Shown: in pieces, positions 1 to 12,734 of the stretch
Position numbering within the stretch: position 1 is the first letter of the stretch
Layout: each line of letters opens with the position of its first letter
From: the human T2T-CHM13v2.0 reference genome, Homo sapiens
Reading direction: 5' to 3' (one strand)
NCBI RefSeq assembly: GCF_009914755.1
Contig: NC_060930.1
Length of the DNA stretch: 64,000 nt
Translations under genes and position numbers: made by a program
Notes under the pieces: model-generated
Seen by the model: only the letters and a program-made list of their open reading frames with translations
What the model was told of the DNA's origin: nothing
Databases searched by the model: none

Positions 1-680
1 AAAAAGTCAGGAAACAACAGGTGCTGGAGAGGATGTGGAGAAATAGGAACACTTTTACACTGTTGGTGGGACTGTAAACTAGTTCAAGCATTGTGGAAGT
101 CAGTTTGGCGATTCCTCAGTGATCTAGAACTAGAAATACCATTTGACCCAGCCATCCCATTACTGGGTATATACCCAAAGGAATATAAATCATGCTGCTA
201 TAAAGACACATGCACACATATGTTTATTGCAGCACTATTCACGATAGCAAAGACTTGGAATCAACCCAAATGTCCAACAATGATAGACTGGATTAAGAAA
301 ATGTGGCACATATACACCATGGAATACTATGCAGCCATAAAAAATGATGAGTTCATGTCCTTTGTAGGGACATGGATGAAATTGGAAATCATCCTTCTCA
401 GTAAGCTATCGCAAGAACAAAAAACCAAATGCCGCATCTTCTCACTCATAGGTGGGAATTGAACAATGAGAACACATGGACACAGGAAGGGGAACATCAC
501 ACTCTGGGGACTGTTGTGGGGTTGGGGGAGGGGGGAGGGATAGCTTTAGGAGATATACCTAATGCTAAATGACGAGTTAATGGGTGCAGCACACCAACAT
601 GGCACATGTATACATATGTAACTAACCTGCACATTGTGCACATGTACCCTGAAACTTAAAGTATAATAAAAAAAAAAGAA
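1..680 (+). mobile_element. L1PA (about L1PA3-4) 3' end: ORF2 C-terminus, 3'UTR, poly(A) tail; continues left of the window
   Basis: ORF 91..462 is the L1 ORF2 C-terminus ([18 protein letters not shown]...FSLIGGN); G-rich 3'UTR tract ~515-540; ends ...AAACTTAAAGTATAATAAAAAAAAAAAG. Confidence 0.95.
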
Positions 681-739
681 ATGTACTTTTAAATTTCAGA
701 CCTTAAAAATATTATGCCACTAACTTCTAAGTTGTGATG

Positions 740-1032
740 TGATTACATGAGTTTGAAATTCGTTGATACTTGCTTTATGATCTGATATGTGTTGGTTTTA
801 GTGAAATGGCCCATGTGTGTAAGAAAAGAATGTGTTTTGTTAATTGATTCATGTCTTTTACATACTAGTCTGCTTAATTCATCAGTTTCTAACTCGCCAG
901 TTTCTAAGAGAGGTGTGTTAAAATCTCCCAAGATGATTGGTGGATTTTGAATTTTCCATATAGTTCTGACGATTTTTTTGTGTTTTATATGTTTTTTACA
1001 TTATTTTGTGCATAGAAATTTAGAATTACATC
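740..1032 (-). mobile_element. Old L1 (L1M-type) ORF2 endonuclease fragment
   Basis: ORF 743..931 begins GDFNTPL, the L1 endonuclease motif; flanking DNA resembles antisense L1 up to ...TTTAGAATTACATC. Confidence 0.7.
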
Positions 1033-2935
1033 TTTTTTTTAAGGTTCAGATGAGAATTTGTACATTTATGTGCTAAAAGTACAGAACAATAGTTGACATT
1101 TTCAGAGTACTTGTTAAGTGAATTTTAACAAAATAGTTGAAACTTATTTGAAAATATTTTCCCTTTGGTCTTTGTGGTAGAAATGACAGACTTTTTCATT
1201 GAATGATGAGGACACAGCAGCCATATTATGCCAAGAGGAAAAATATCATGATCATATTGAAAGATCAAGCATGAGCTTCCATGGTGAAGTCTTCTGTACC
1301 AATGCACCAGAGAATGCCTACCATCCAAAAAAGCAGTCAGCTGATGGAAAAGAAGATTATTAAACCTTTGTTCTGGGATTTACTGTTAAAAAACAAACAA
1401 AAAACAACAAAAAAGCGGTGACAGGAAACAGTTAAGGAAATGATTTAACTGAAGGGAAGCAAGATTTTTTTAAAGCATTGTTCTTAATCCCCATGACTGT
1501 CCTTCAGTCACAATTCCAGAATAAAAGAATCTACTTTGTGTATTAATGTTTTATGCTTTTTATGAAACAATCAGGTCTTTTATTTTCCCCCTTCTTGAAC
1601 CACAGGGGTAACTATCTTTTCACCCAATCCAAGTGCTGGTCATAAATACACAAAAAACTTGTGTTTATCATGCAAACCACTAGCACCAAGAAATTTTATT
1701 TGTTGCAATTTGATGTCAAATAACATTACTGGGTAAATAACTTTTTATATACACATACTAAAACACAAATGCAGATTTATGGGTCAGATGACAGTTATTA
1801 TTTTTCCTGTGCATGTGGTAATTCATTAACATCGCCTCAGAAATATATTAGAATACACATGTGTATATAGAATATACATTCGTACCTACATAAACATGTG
1901 ATATGTATAGTTTTTAACAAATACACTGGCCATTACCCATTACACTTGAAAATACATGTATGAACTACCTCATGAAATGTAAACAGGAGTATAAAGAACC
2001 ACAAGTTTCTACCGATAATAGACATCTAAAAGTCTTGACTATGGAGAGAGAGTTCTTTTTTACATAAACATATTTAACCCAAAGTAGAAGTCATTTTTGG
2101 AAATCCCTCTATTAGATAACACAATTCTCCTTCATTTGATACTGATTTCTGTTGTACTAACCACAGCCTATTTTTTATATACTCCTAACAGAATAAGACA
2201 CACAAAAATAAGAGTTAAATATTGGTGTGTTTTAAAACTCTCACATCTTTGAAAGCACTACTTGAACCTACCTACTTTATTTTATTTCTGACTGTGCCCT
2301 AAGACACCATGAAGAGAAGACGCCAATTTAAAAAGTTCAACAAATAGGAAAATCCTATTGGTATAAAAATTTAAAATATTGGCTTTCTAGCTCAGTAATT
2401 GTCACAGCTTACTGTATTCAAGTGAACATCTATACATCTATTCCTGCTTGCATCTTAGAGTGGGATTTAAAATTTTTCAAAGGATAATCCTTCAATATTG
2501 TATTTTGAAGCACGTACATTAAGGTAAATTTCTTTTAAAGCTATCACACTTTCTGTGTGAAAGTTGAAGACAACTTATATGAATAATATTCTGTTATGTA
2601 AGGAAGGGGTATTCCAGTTGTACCCGTAAAACTGACAAATCTGTCCTAGTGTTGGGGATTTGCCACTAAGTTTTTTGTTGGGATAGAAATTATACTTTAA
2701 AAGGGGGAAAATCCTTTTTTTTTTTTTTAAATGAACAAGCACCCCTTTTTATTGTTCTCTCTAGAGTCTATGTTTTGAAAGATGTCAAACTCCACTAATT
2801 GATATTTAATTCCAGTTTTAAATAATCAGCTGTACAAATGCGTTTTTAAAGTATAATAAGCAACATTTCAAAAACTAAAAAGATTTTAATCTTATTTAAT
2901 CACGATGATATTGTAGTTAGCTCAGTGACTATAGA
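1033..2935 (-). other. Orphan non-repetitive insert, candidate retroposed 3'UTR fragment or L1 3' transduction
   Basis: T8 at 1033-1040 with minus-strand CATAAA at 1065-1070; T14 at 2715-2728 with minus-strand AATAAA at 2748-2753; abruptly interrupts the L1 fragment; no long ORF; no TSD seen; right boundary approximate. Confidence 0.4.
1520..1525 (+). terminator. Candidate plus-strand poly(A) signal, possibly the distal KPNA5 3' end
   Basis: AATAAA followed by GT/T-rich sequence (CTTTGTGTATTAATGTTTTATGCTTTTT); assignment to KPNA5 rests only on remembered gene order. Confidence 0.3.
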
Positions 2936-3159
2936 TTCAGAAATACTAGTTTAACATGGTAATTGTTTTAAATTTTTTTTTGCTTTTCCATTTGTTTAGA
3001 CTTTTTTTCTTTCATGAATGTATTTTTTATTTTAAATTGAGAAATAATGGTATATATTTATGGGGTATATTGTGTTTTTTAAATATATTTGCATCATGAC
3101 ATGATAAAAATCAAGCTAATTAACATATCTGTCACCTTACTTACCCTTTTTTATGATGA

Positions 3160-3526
<367 letters not shown>

Positions 3527-4451
3527 TAACTATAGTCAGCATGCTGTGCAATGGATCTTTAAAACCTATTCCATATGTTACTGACAACTTTGTACCCTTT
3601 GACTGTCTCCCCATTCCTCATCCCCTCCATATCCCCCAATCTGGTAACCTTCATTCTACTCTCTACTTCTATGAGTTTGAGTTGTTTAGATTCTACATAT
3701 AAGTGAGATCACACAGTTTTTGTCTTTTTGTTCCTGGCTTATTTCACCCAGCATAATGTCCTCCAGATTCAGTCATGTTGTAAATGGCAGAATTTCCTCT
3801 TTTTGTTGGATGAATAGTATTCCATTTTACCACATTTTCTTTATTCATTCCTCCTTGATGGGCAATTAGGTTGCTTTCATATCATGGCCATTGTGAATAA
3901 TGCTGCAATGAACATGCAAGTGCAGATATCGCTTTGACATACTGATTTCAAGTCCTTAGGATATATATCCAGAAGTGGGATTGCTGGATTATATGGTAAT
4001 TCTATTTGAAATTTTTTGACGAATGTCTGTACTTTTTTCTATAATAGCTATATTTGCATTCTACCAACAGTGTACAAAAGGTGCCTTTTCTCCACATCCT
4101 CACCAATACTTATCTTTCATCTTTTTGATAATAGCCATTCTGACAGATGTGAGGTAATGTATCATTATAATTTTAATTTGTATTTCCCTATGATCAATGA
4201 TTTTAAGCATTTTTTTCATATATCTATTGGCCATTTGTATGTCTTCTTTGGATAAGTGTCTATCAGGTCCTTTGTCCATTTTTTAATTGGGTAATTTATT
4301 TTTCCTGCTATTGAGTTGAGTTTCTAATATATTTTGGATAGAAACTCTGTATCACATATATAATTTGCACATATTTTCTCCTAATCCATGGGCTTTCTCT
4401 TCACTCTATTGATTGTTTTCTTTGCTATGATAGTTTTTTTTTAGTTTGAAG

Positions 4452-5073
4452 TGAAATGGCCTCATTACCTGGGGTGGCATCTGAAGTTCTTGGTCTCATG
4501 GCCGAGTAAATCAAGGACGCACACACGCCAAGGGTGAGGTCAGAGCAGAAGCAGACGTTTAATAGACAAAAGAGAACAACTGTTTGTTGCAGAGAGCGGT
4601 CACAAAAGGGTTGCCATTCAGCAGTGAAATGCAAGGGTTTTATAAGTGAGTTAGTGGGGAGGCAGTATCTTATCTCATAGGGCACAAAAAACTGGTTAGG
4701 ACCAGGTATGCTATCTGCATAGAATGTGAATCTCTGGCATCCCCCACCCCAACCTTTTATTATGCTGGGGGTCCTTTGCCTGAGTGACTCCACATTGCTT
4801 TCCTACTGTGCACGTGCTAAAAAAAAGGGGGAGGTGGAGCCCCCATGGTGGACATGCGTGGCCCCAGGTACCCCTTTCTACCGGTGCAGTTGCAGACATT
4901 CCCCGCATGCAAGCTTCCAGCTTCCTTATCACTGTTTGCAGCCCGATCTTCCAGGCTGCTCTTTGTTAGTAAAAAAGTGATTTCTTTGGCTGCTTTTTGT
5001 TAGAAGGGAAGTTCTGCCAAGAACTTTTTGCCTTAACTATCTGCCTAGCTAGTCTCTTTTTATCTCCTCTCTC
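4452..5073 (-). mobile_element. Solo ERV1 LTR, MER61-like
   Basis: TG...CA termini; near-TSD GAAG/TAAG; minus-strand TATA (4638-4646) and ATTAAA (4558-4563); minus-strand start TGAGAGAGGAGA...GCAGCC resembles the MER61 family. Confidence 0.7.
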
Positions 5074-6019
5074 ATAAGTAATCACATTTGTCTTTTTTCT
5101 TTTGTTGCTTGTGCTTCGGAGTTCTTATCCAAAAAATCATTGCCCATACCAATGTCATAGAGCTTTTCTCTGTTTTATTCTACTAGTTTTACAGTCTCAG
5201 GTCTTATGTTTAAGTTTTTAATCCATTTCAAGTTGATTTTTCTACATAGTGTGAGATGAAGGTCTTATTTCATTCTTTTGCATGTGGATGTCCAGTTTTT
5301 CCAACACCATTTACTGAAAGACTCTCTCCATTGGGTGTTCTTGACACCTTTGTCAAAAATCAATTGACCATATAGATATGTGGGTTTATTTCTGGGCTCT
5401 CTATTCTTTTCCACTGCTTGTTGTGTCTGTTTTGATGCCAGTACCATGCTATTTTGATTACTATAGCTTAGTAATATATTTTGAAATCAGATATTGTGAT
5501 TCCTCCAGCATTATTCTTTTTAAACAATATTGCTTTGGCTATCTGGAGTCTTCTGTGGTTCCATACCAATTTTAGAATTTCTTTTTCTATTTCTGTGGAA
5601 AATGTCATTAGACTTTTGATAGGGATTGCATTGAATCTGTAGATTGTTTTGGATAGTTATGGACATTTTAACAATATTCTTCCAATCCATGAACACAGGA
5701 TATCTTTCCATTTATTTATGTCTTCTTCAATTTCATTTCTCAATGTTTTATTTATAGTTTTTGGCATGTAGATCTTTTACCTCTCTGGTTGATTTATCTT
5801 TCAGTATTTTTTGGTGCTATTGTACATGGAGTTGTTTCTTAATTTCTCCCTTGAATAATTTGTAGTTAGTTTATAGAAATGCTGCTGGTTTTGTATCCTG
5901 CAACTTTACTGAATTCCTTTATCAGTTTTAACAGCTTTTTTGGAAGAGGCTTTAGGGCTTTCTATGTATAACATCACATCATCAGCAACAGAGACAATTT
6001 CAGTTCTTCCTTTCCTTTA

Positions 6020-6430
6020 ACTATTTTCAAAATAATGTGATTCCCTGGCCTTCTCTAACAGTGACCTGATTTCTTGTTTTTGTTTTATTATTTTGAACTC
6101 ACAGATTTAAATCTGTTTGAAGAGGTTCAACCTTTTCCAGTTACTATTCTTGCTGATGTTCCTATTTTTGGCTGGTGGCACTGTTGTCAGGTTGGTTCTA
6201 GAGGTCTTTGGACATAGCCTCAAAGCTGTATTAGCTTCCTTATTTTCTGTATGGCCAGATGTTCCAGGACCATCCTGTGTATTTCATGTACCAGACCTGG
6301 AATAAGCCAACTCAGGAGGGAGCCCTGGGTTTCTTTTAATATGAAATAGTAGTTAGAAACCAAGATCTGGGCGCTAGGACTGCATATTACTACTGTGTTG
6401 TCCATTGCTATCAATGGACAGAACTAAGAA
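6020..6430 (-). mobile_element. L1MC4/5 3' region fragment
   Basis: Diagnostic GAGCCCTGG...AGAAACCAAGATCTGGGCGCTAGG. Confidence 0.7.
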
Positions 6431-6445
6431 AAATGTGTTGTTGTG

Positions 6446-7074
<629 letters not shown>

Positions 7075-7162
7075 TAACTCACTTGCTGTATCATTTTATA
7101 TACGTAATATATATTTGTATGGTTGTCATATTAACAATACCAATATTATCACTAATAGTATG

Positions 7163-7707
7163 TGTATTAGGATTCTCCAGAGAGAACTAATAACAATAGA
7201 TAGACACATGAGAAGGGATTTATTAGGGGAATTGGCTTATGCAATTATAGAAGCTGAGAAGTCTCACAATAGGCCATCTCCAAGCTGGAGAACTAGGAAG
7301 GTGGGTAGTCTGGCCTGGTCCAAGTCTGAAAGCCTCAGAACCAGGAAAGCTGATGGTATAACTCTCAGTGTAAGGGTGAAAGCCCTAGAATCCACGGGGC
7401 TTCTGCAAGTCTTAGAGTCCAAAGCTAGAGAACCTGGAGGTCTGATGACCAATGAATGACAGAAGATGGATATGCCAGCTCCAGAAGAGAGAATGAATTC
7501 ATCTTTCCTCTACCTTTTTGTTTTAAGTCCTCAGCTGGTTGGATGGTTCCTGTCTACACAGAGGGTGCATTTTCTTTAAAAGCCCACTAATTCAAATGTC
7601 AATCTCTTCCAGAAACACCCTCACAGATACACCCAGAAATAATGTTATAACAGCTATCTGCATATTCCTTAATCTAGTCAAGTAGACACCTAAAATTAAT
7701 CATCACA
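7163..7707 (-). mobile_element. MLT2 (ERVL) solo LTR, MLT2B/C-like
   Basis: TGTATTAGGATTCTCCAGAG...AAACACCCTCACAGATACACCCAGAAATAATG...AAAATTAATCATCACA. Confidence 0.85.
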
Positions 7708-7709
7708 AT

Positions 7710-8660
7710 TTGCTTACTGAAAATGTTTTCTGGGAGATGGGGAGGGGATATCTTTTTTAAACATCGAGTATATACCACTAGAAATATTTTTAAATCACTT
7801 GAAATATTCACTCTCCATCTGGCCATCCTACCAATTTAATACACGGGTTTATCTGTTCGATTTTGGTTTTGAGTTTTTAAAAAAGTTGACCACTTTTTTT
7901 AACAATTTTATTTAATATATGACCTTTACATTGTTCAAGAGGATAAAACAAGTTATATGCAGAAAAGTTTCACTTTTATCACTGCCTCTCCTCCACCTAT
8001 TTCTTCCTTTCTTCTATATATAACATTAAAAACTTTTTCTTGGTTTATACTACCATTGTTTTTTTAACATAATAATAAATACATTTACAGCTCCCCTCCG
8101 TTTACTGAATACTACATATGCTTTCCTCCAATGCACTTTTCTCACTTAACTCTATTCTGTAGCTCATTCCATAGCAGGATGCAGAGCTCTTCATTTCTTA
8201 CCACATCTGCACAGTACTCCATTGTGTGAACCTAGCATTATTTATTCAATCAATCCTCTACTGATGGACAATTAAATTGTTTTCAGTCTTTGCTACTGCA
8301 AATAGTATGACAGTGAAAATCACTGTAAACTGTTAGGTCCATAAACATGCAGTTTTGCTAGAAACTGTCCAATTTCCATCCGCAAGGGTCATACTATCTT
8401 CTATTCAGAACAGCAACATATAAGAATACCTACCACATCCCAGCCTTGGAAACATAGTATGTTGTTCAGGTCACTTTTTAAAGCAGTTTTATTTTCATAT
8501 AATTTCTATATACCACTGTAATTTTTATATACCATAAAGTTCACCCATTTTATGTGTACATTTTTCTTTGTAAATTTACCCACTTGTGCAGTTGTGCATT
8601 ACAACAATCCAGTTTTAGAACACTTCCATTAAATCCTCAGTAAATTCTGCTGTGAGCACT
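7710..8660 (-). mobile_element. Degenerate old L1 (L1MC/ME/MB) fragments
   Basis: Antisense L1 3'UTR motifs (TACTCCATTGTGTG, TGATGGACA..TTGTTTTCAGTCTTTGCTA). Confidence 0.55.
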
Positions 8661-8912
8661 TTTAACCAAATACTTGATGTAGACTTATGTGGGGGGGTTA
8701 ACACAGATGGCATAAAATCTGGTCTCAAAAAACATGTAATAACAAACATGGTTAAGTGTTCTTAAAGATTTTTTTCCTCTATTTTTTCTTTTTTTAAGAT
8801 ATTAACATGATAGGTTTCTCTCTCTTTTTTACTCTGTCTCTCTTACTGTTCATTTAGATCTCAAGATGATAAGTAAATTTCTCCTCTCTTTGTCTCTCTC
8901 TCTCTGGAGCAC

Positions 8913-9251
8913 TGTGATGACTGGTTTTATGTGTAAATTTGGCTAGGCTATCGTACCCAGTTTCCAATTAAACATGAATCTAAATGTTGCTGTGAAAGTA
9001 TTCTGTAGTTGGGTAAGCATCTATAGTCAGATAAGTCTAATTAAAGGAGGTATCTTTGATAATCTGGGTAGGTGTCATCCAATCAGTTGAAAGGCCTTAA
9101 TAATAAAACTGAGGTTTCCCTGAGGAAGAAAAAAAGTTGCCTTTGGACTGTAGCTTCAGCTTCTGCCAGAGAATTCTCAGCCTGCTGGCCTGCCCTACAG
9201 GTTTCTGATTTGCCAGCCCCTGCAATCAGGTAAGCTAATTCCTATAATCTA

Positions 9252-9313
<62 letters not shown>

Positions 9314-9557
9314 ATCTTTCTATCTATCTTTTACATATACATACATATGTACATGTAAGTATACACACACTTTCAATTATCTTAAAAATATGCTACTCCT
9401 TAAAAGTCTTTTTACACCTTCAAGATTCCTGAAATTTCTAAATATTATTGAACAGCTCAAAGAGAATATTTATAAGGATGAATATGATATATATTCTACC
9501 AGAGAAATAGGACATTATATCTCCTATTGTTCCATTTGTCTGGTAGAACTCTGATAT
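8913..9557 (+). mobile_element. MLT2D LTR, split by an STR and an inverted-duplication insert
   Basis: TGTGATG..TTTTATGTG start; CATCCAATCAGTTGAAAGGCCTTAAT; CCTGCTGGCCTGCCCTACAG; terminal TCCTATTGTTC..TCTGG.AGAAC.CTGA at ~9520-9557. Confidence 0.8.
9248..9330 (+). repeat. Compound tetranucleotide STR TCTA(TCTG)3(TCTA)12...
   Basis: Read directly. Confidence 0.95.
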
Positions 9558-10043
9558 GTGGACCCCATCACTACCAAACTCCAGTTCAACCATATGGATA
9601 GTGTAACCTTTCTGGGATTCTGCCTTTGTGTTGATGTTCTCTCAGCCTTTACAGGTCTCATGTTTTTGACTATTCTCTCCAGCATATAACCACTTAGGAT
9701 AACTGGATATGCCCATGGCAAATAGCAGCATCAGATATGCTTATTAACACTCTAGATTTTTACTTTGTTATCTATGACTATCTATGACAAGGATCTTCCT
9801 TCTTTTCCCAACAGTTTAACCAAGTATTTTAAAAGATGTTTAAAAAAATATTTTGTCCAGATTATTTAGTCCAATACTAGAAGACTTTCTCTGGACATCT
9901 CATCTTCTATGTAACCAGAAATGGAAATCATCATATTCATTCTTATAGATATTCTCTCTGAGTATCTCAATATTTAGAATATTCCAGGAATCCTCAAGGT
10001 ATAAAAAGACTTTTAAAGAGTAGTATAATTTTAAGATAATTGA
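9373..10043. repeat. Inverted repeat with ~115-bp arms (9373-9488 and 9930-10043)
   Basis: TCAATTATCTTAAAAATATGCTACTCCTTAAAAGTCTTTTTAC... matches the reverse complement of 9930-10043 at roughly 85% identity by eye. Confidence 0.9.
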
Positions 10044-10328
10044 TTTCCAGTTATTTTAACCCCATATATACTCCCTCCTACAATGTATATGCCCAAGAAT
10101 ATGGTCTGACGGTTCTCCTTTCTCACCTCTCCTCATAACCAACCTTACACTATTGTGCAAAAAGAGAGCACTTCACTCTCATTCTGAACCTTACTCATGC
10201 TGTGCTTTGTGATACAAAAACCTTCTGGATGACAAAGAATAATTTTAGAATTAATAGCTCCAGAGAGGGAGTTCCATGAGAGCAAAACAAAGGGAGTCAC
10301 TGTGCAAAATGTGAAAGCAGCCAGTGCC

Positions 10329-10689
10329 ACAGTGGGTCTCACGAAGACAGAGCATAGACAGGTGGTTACCAGAGGCCAGAGAGAGTGGTGGAGAGAGGGC
10401 AATGAAGATAAGTTGATTAACAGGTACAAACATATGGTTTGGTAGAAGAAGTAAGATCTAGTGTTAGATAGATCAGTAGGGTGACTATAGTTTACAGTGA
10501 TCTATTGTATATTTCAAAATAGCTAGAAGAGAATCATTCAAATGGTTCTAGCATAAAGACAAATATTTAAGGTGACAGATAAGTACACTGATTTTATCTT
10601 TACACCTTATAAGAATATATCAAATTATCTCATGTACCCTGAATTTATGTACATCTATTGTGTATAAATTTACAAATTAAAAAAAAAAT
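10329..10689 (+). mobile_element. 5'-truncated L1MA 3' end with TSD
   Basis: L1MA 3'UTR motifs and A tail; TSD AAAGCAGC(C)AGTGCC at 10314-10328 and 10690-10703. Confidence 0.85.
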
Positions 10690-10850
10690 AAAGCAGCAGT
10701 GCCTTGGTTCATCCAAGACACAGACTCATAACAATGCTTCATGCCTTCTCTATCTAAGAGTTAGGATTCAAAAATGAGATTATTGTCACAGGAATATATA
10801 TTAACATTTTCATTTTCAAATCAAAGTAAGCCTTTTTCTAACAAAAAGTA

Positions 10851-11173
10851 TAGTTACGTGCCACATAATGACATTTTGGTGTAAGATGAATGAACCACAT
10901 ATACAACAGTGGTCCCCAAGGTCATAGGGAGCATACATAGAAGTCTGATATATGGCACTTGGTATTGGCACTGCAGATCAAGTAGGGGACATGACTGATA
11001 ATTCAGTAATGGTGCTGGGACGTTTGGTTTTCCATATGAAAAATACATATAAATAAAAATATATATACTATCTAGGTTTATGTAAGTATACTCTGTCATG
11101 TTTGTACAATGATAAAATCACCTAACAATGCATTTCTCAGAATGTATCCCCATCATTAAATGATCTGTGACTG
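10851..11173 (+). mobile_element. Tigger3-family non-autonomous DNA transposon (TcMar-Tigger)
   Basis: TA-flanked; ends ...GCATTTCTCAGAATGTATCCCCATCATTAA.TGA..TGACTG. Confidence 0.8.
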
Positions 11174-11729
11174 TATAAGTTTTATTTGGCTCATTAGTTT
11201 GACAATAAGAACTGGCTTTGTACCTCAAAATGGACAGGCAGACATCCTCCACAAACTGATTGAGCTAATTATGTGGCTTCAAGGTTATGATGGAAAATAC
11301 ACTTAAAGCACATGAACTATACAATATGCCAGAAGTTAGATCTTTTATAATACTTACATTTATGGTTAAAAAATAACAAATGTGAAGTTAAAAATGTGCA
11401 GGGATGAGATATGTAATTTTAAAAAGTTATTTTAGGGCTTAAGCAAGTTTGACGATCATTAATGTATACCATTTTTTTTCTCTAACATTTTTGTCATTTT
11501 CAAAATTGCTGTTACAATTACTGTTTTAGTACTTTACCATTTTAGGAATAGGTTTTAGAATTAATAATTCAACCTATTTCACCTAGTTACAAACTATAAA
11601 AAGAATAATCAGAGGTACTACCCAGCTGCTAAATACAGTGAAATTTTGGTTGAAAATTAGTTTTGATTTTAATGAGCCCTTAATGATTAGTTCAACCTCA
11701 TTTTAATGACATATACAATGTGCTCATTT

Positions 11730-12165
11730 TAGCATTATATGTAGTGGCCAGAAACTGTGCCAAATATCAAAATAAATTGTGGTATGTTTATACAACAGAA
11801 TACAGCAATGACAATGGATGAACTAATGGTACACACAATTTGTGGATTAACCTTATAACTGTCAGGTAAATAATCCACACACACAAGTGCATAATGTATA
11901 AATCCATTTATATAAAGTTCAAAAACAGGCAAAATGAATCAAAGGTGATGAAACTCAGAAAAACTGCTATGTTTGGGAGGTAATGGCTGAGAAAAGGCAG
12001 GAATGAGGCTGTGAAGTGTTGCCAATATTCTACATCTTCACTTTGGCAGTGGTTACACAGGTGTTCACGACATAAATATCTATCAGACTGTATACAGTTT
12101 TGTCCACTTTTTGAATGCATGGTATACTTCAGTAAAAGTTTACTAAAAAATAAAAATAAAAAAGA
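11730..12165 (+). mobile_element. L1ME 3' end, antisense to and overlapping the FAM162B 3'UTR region
   Basis: ATCCATTTATATAAAGTTCAAAAACAGGCAAAA; GTGGTTACACAGGTGT; TATACTTCAGTAAAAG plus A-rich tail. Confidence 0.8.
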
Positions 12166-12291
12166 CATTGTGCTTCTTGTTACCAAAATAAAACCATGGC
12201 AGATATTTTGGTAAATATTCTATTTTTCCCATCTTCTACTGTTGCTGATGACAGGGATGGTATTCAGGTGAACACTTTGTCACTTAGAATA

Positions 12292-12483
<192 letters not shown>

Positions 12484-12489
12484 TCACTG

Positions 12490-12730
12490 TGACTCTCTGG
12501 AAACTGGAAAAATTTGTATTTGAGATAGAAATACACAGGAGGGAATAGAATTAGAAGTTCTAACATATGTTAATAATGGGAAGAGAGAACAGACTGAATG
12601 GGTAAAGAGGCCATATTTGAAGTTATGACAGCATAGACTTTTTCAGAAGTGAGGAAAGCTATAAGTCCTCAAACTGAGAGACATACAAAGTCCTTAGTAA
12701 AATAAATAAGCATTTAATATATATTGAAGG
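12490..12730 (+). mobile_element. Old L1 ORF1-region fragment
   Basis: AGAAGTTCTAACATATG...GCCATATTTGAAG...TTTTCAGAA...AAGTCCTCA pattern typical of ancient L1 ORF1. Confidence 0.5.
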
Positions 12731-12734
12731 ATAC

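Noticed and set aside
1-3000. KPNA5 coding exons
   Set aside because: No importin-alpha/armadillo coding sequence is visible; at most 3'UTR, which cannot be proven from sequence alone.
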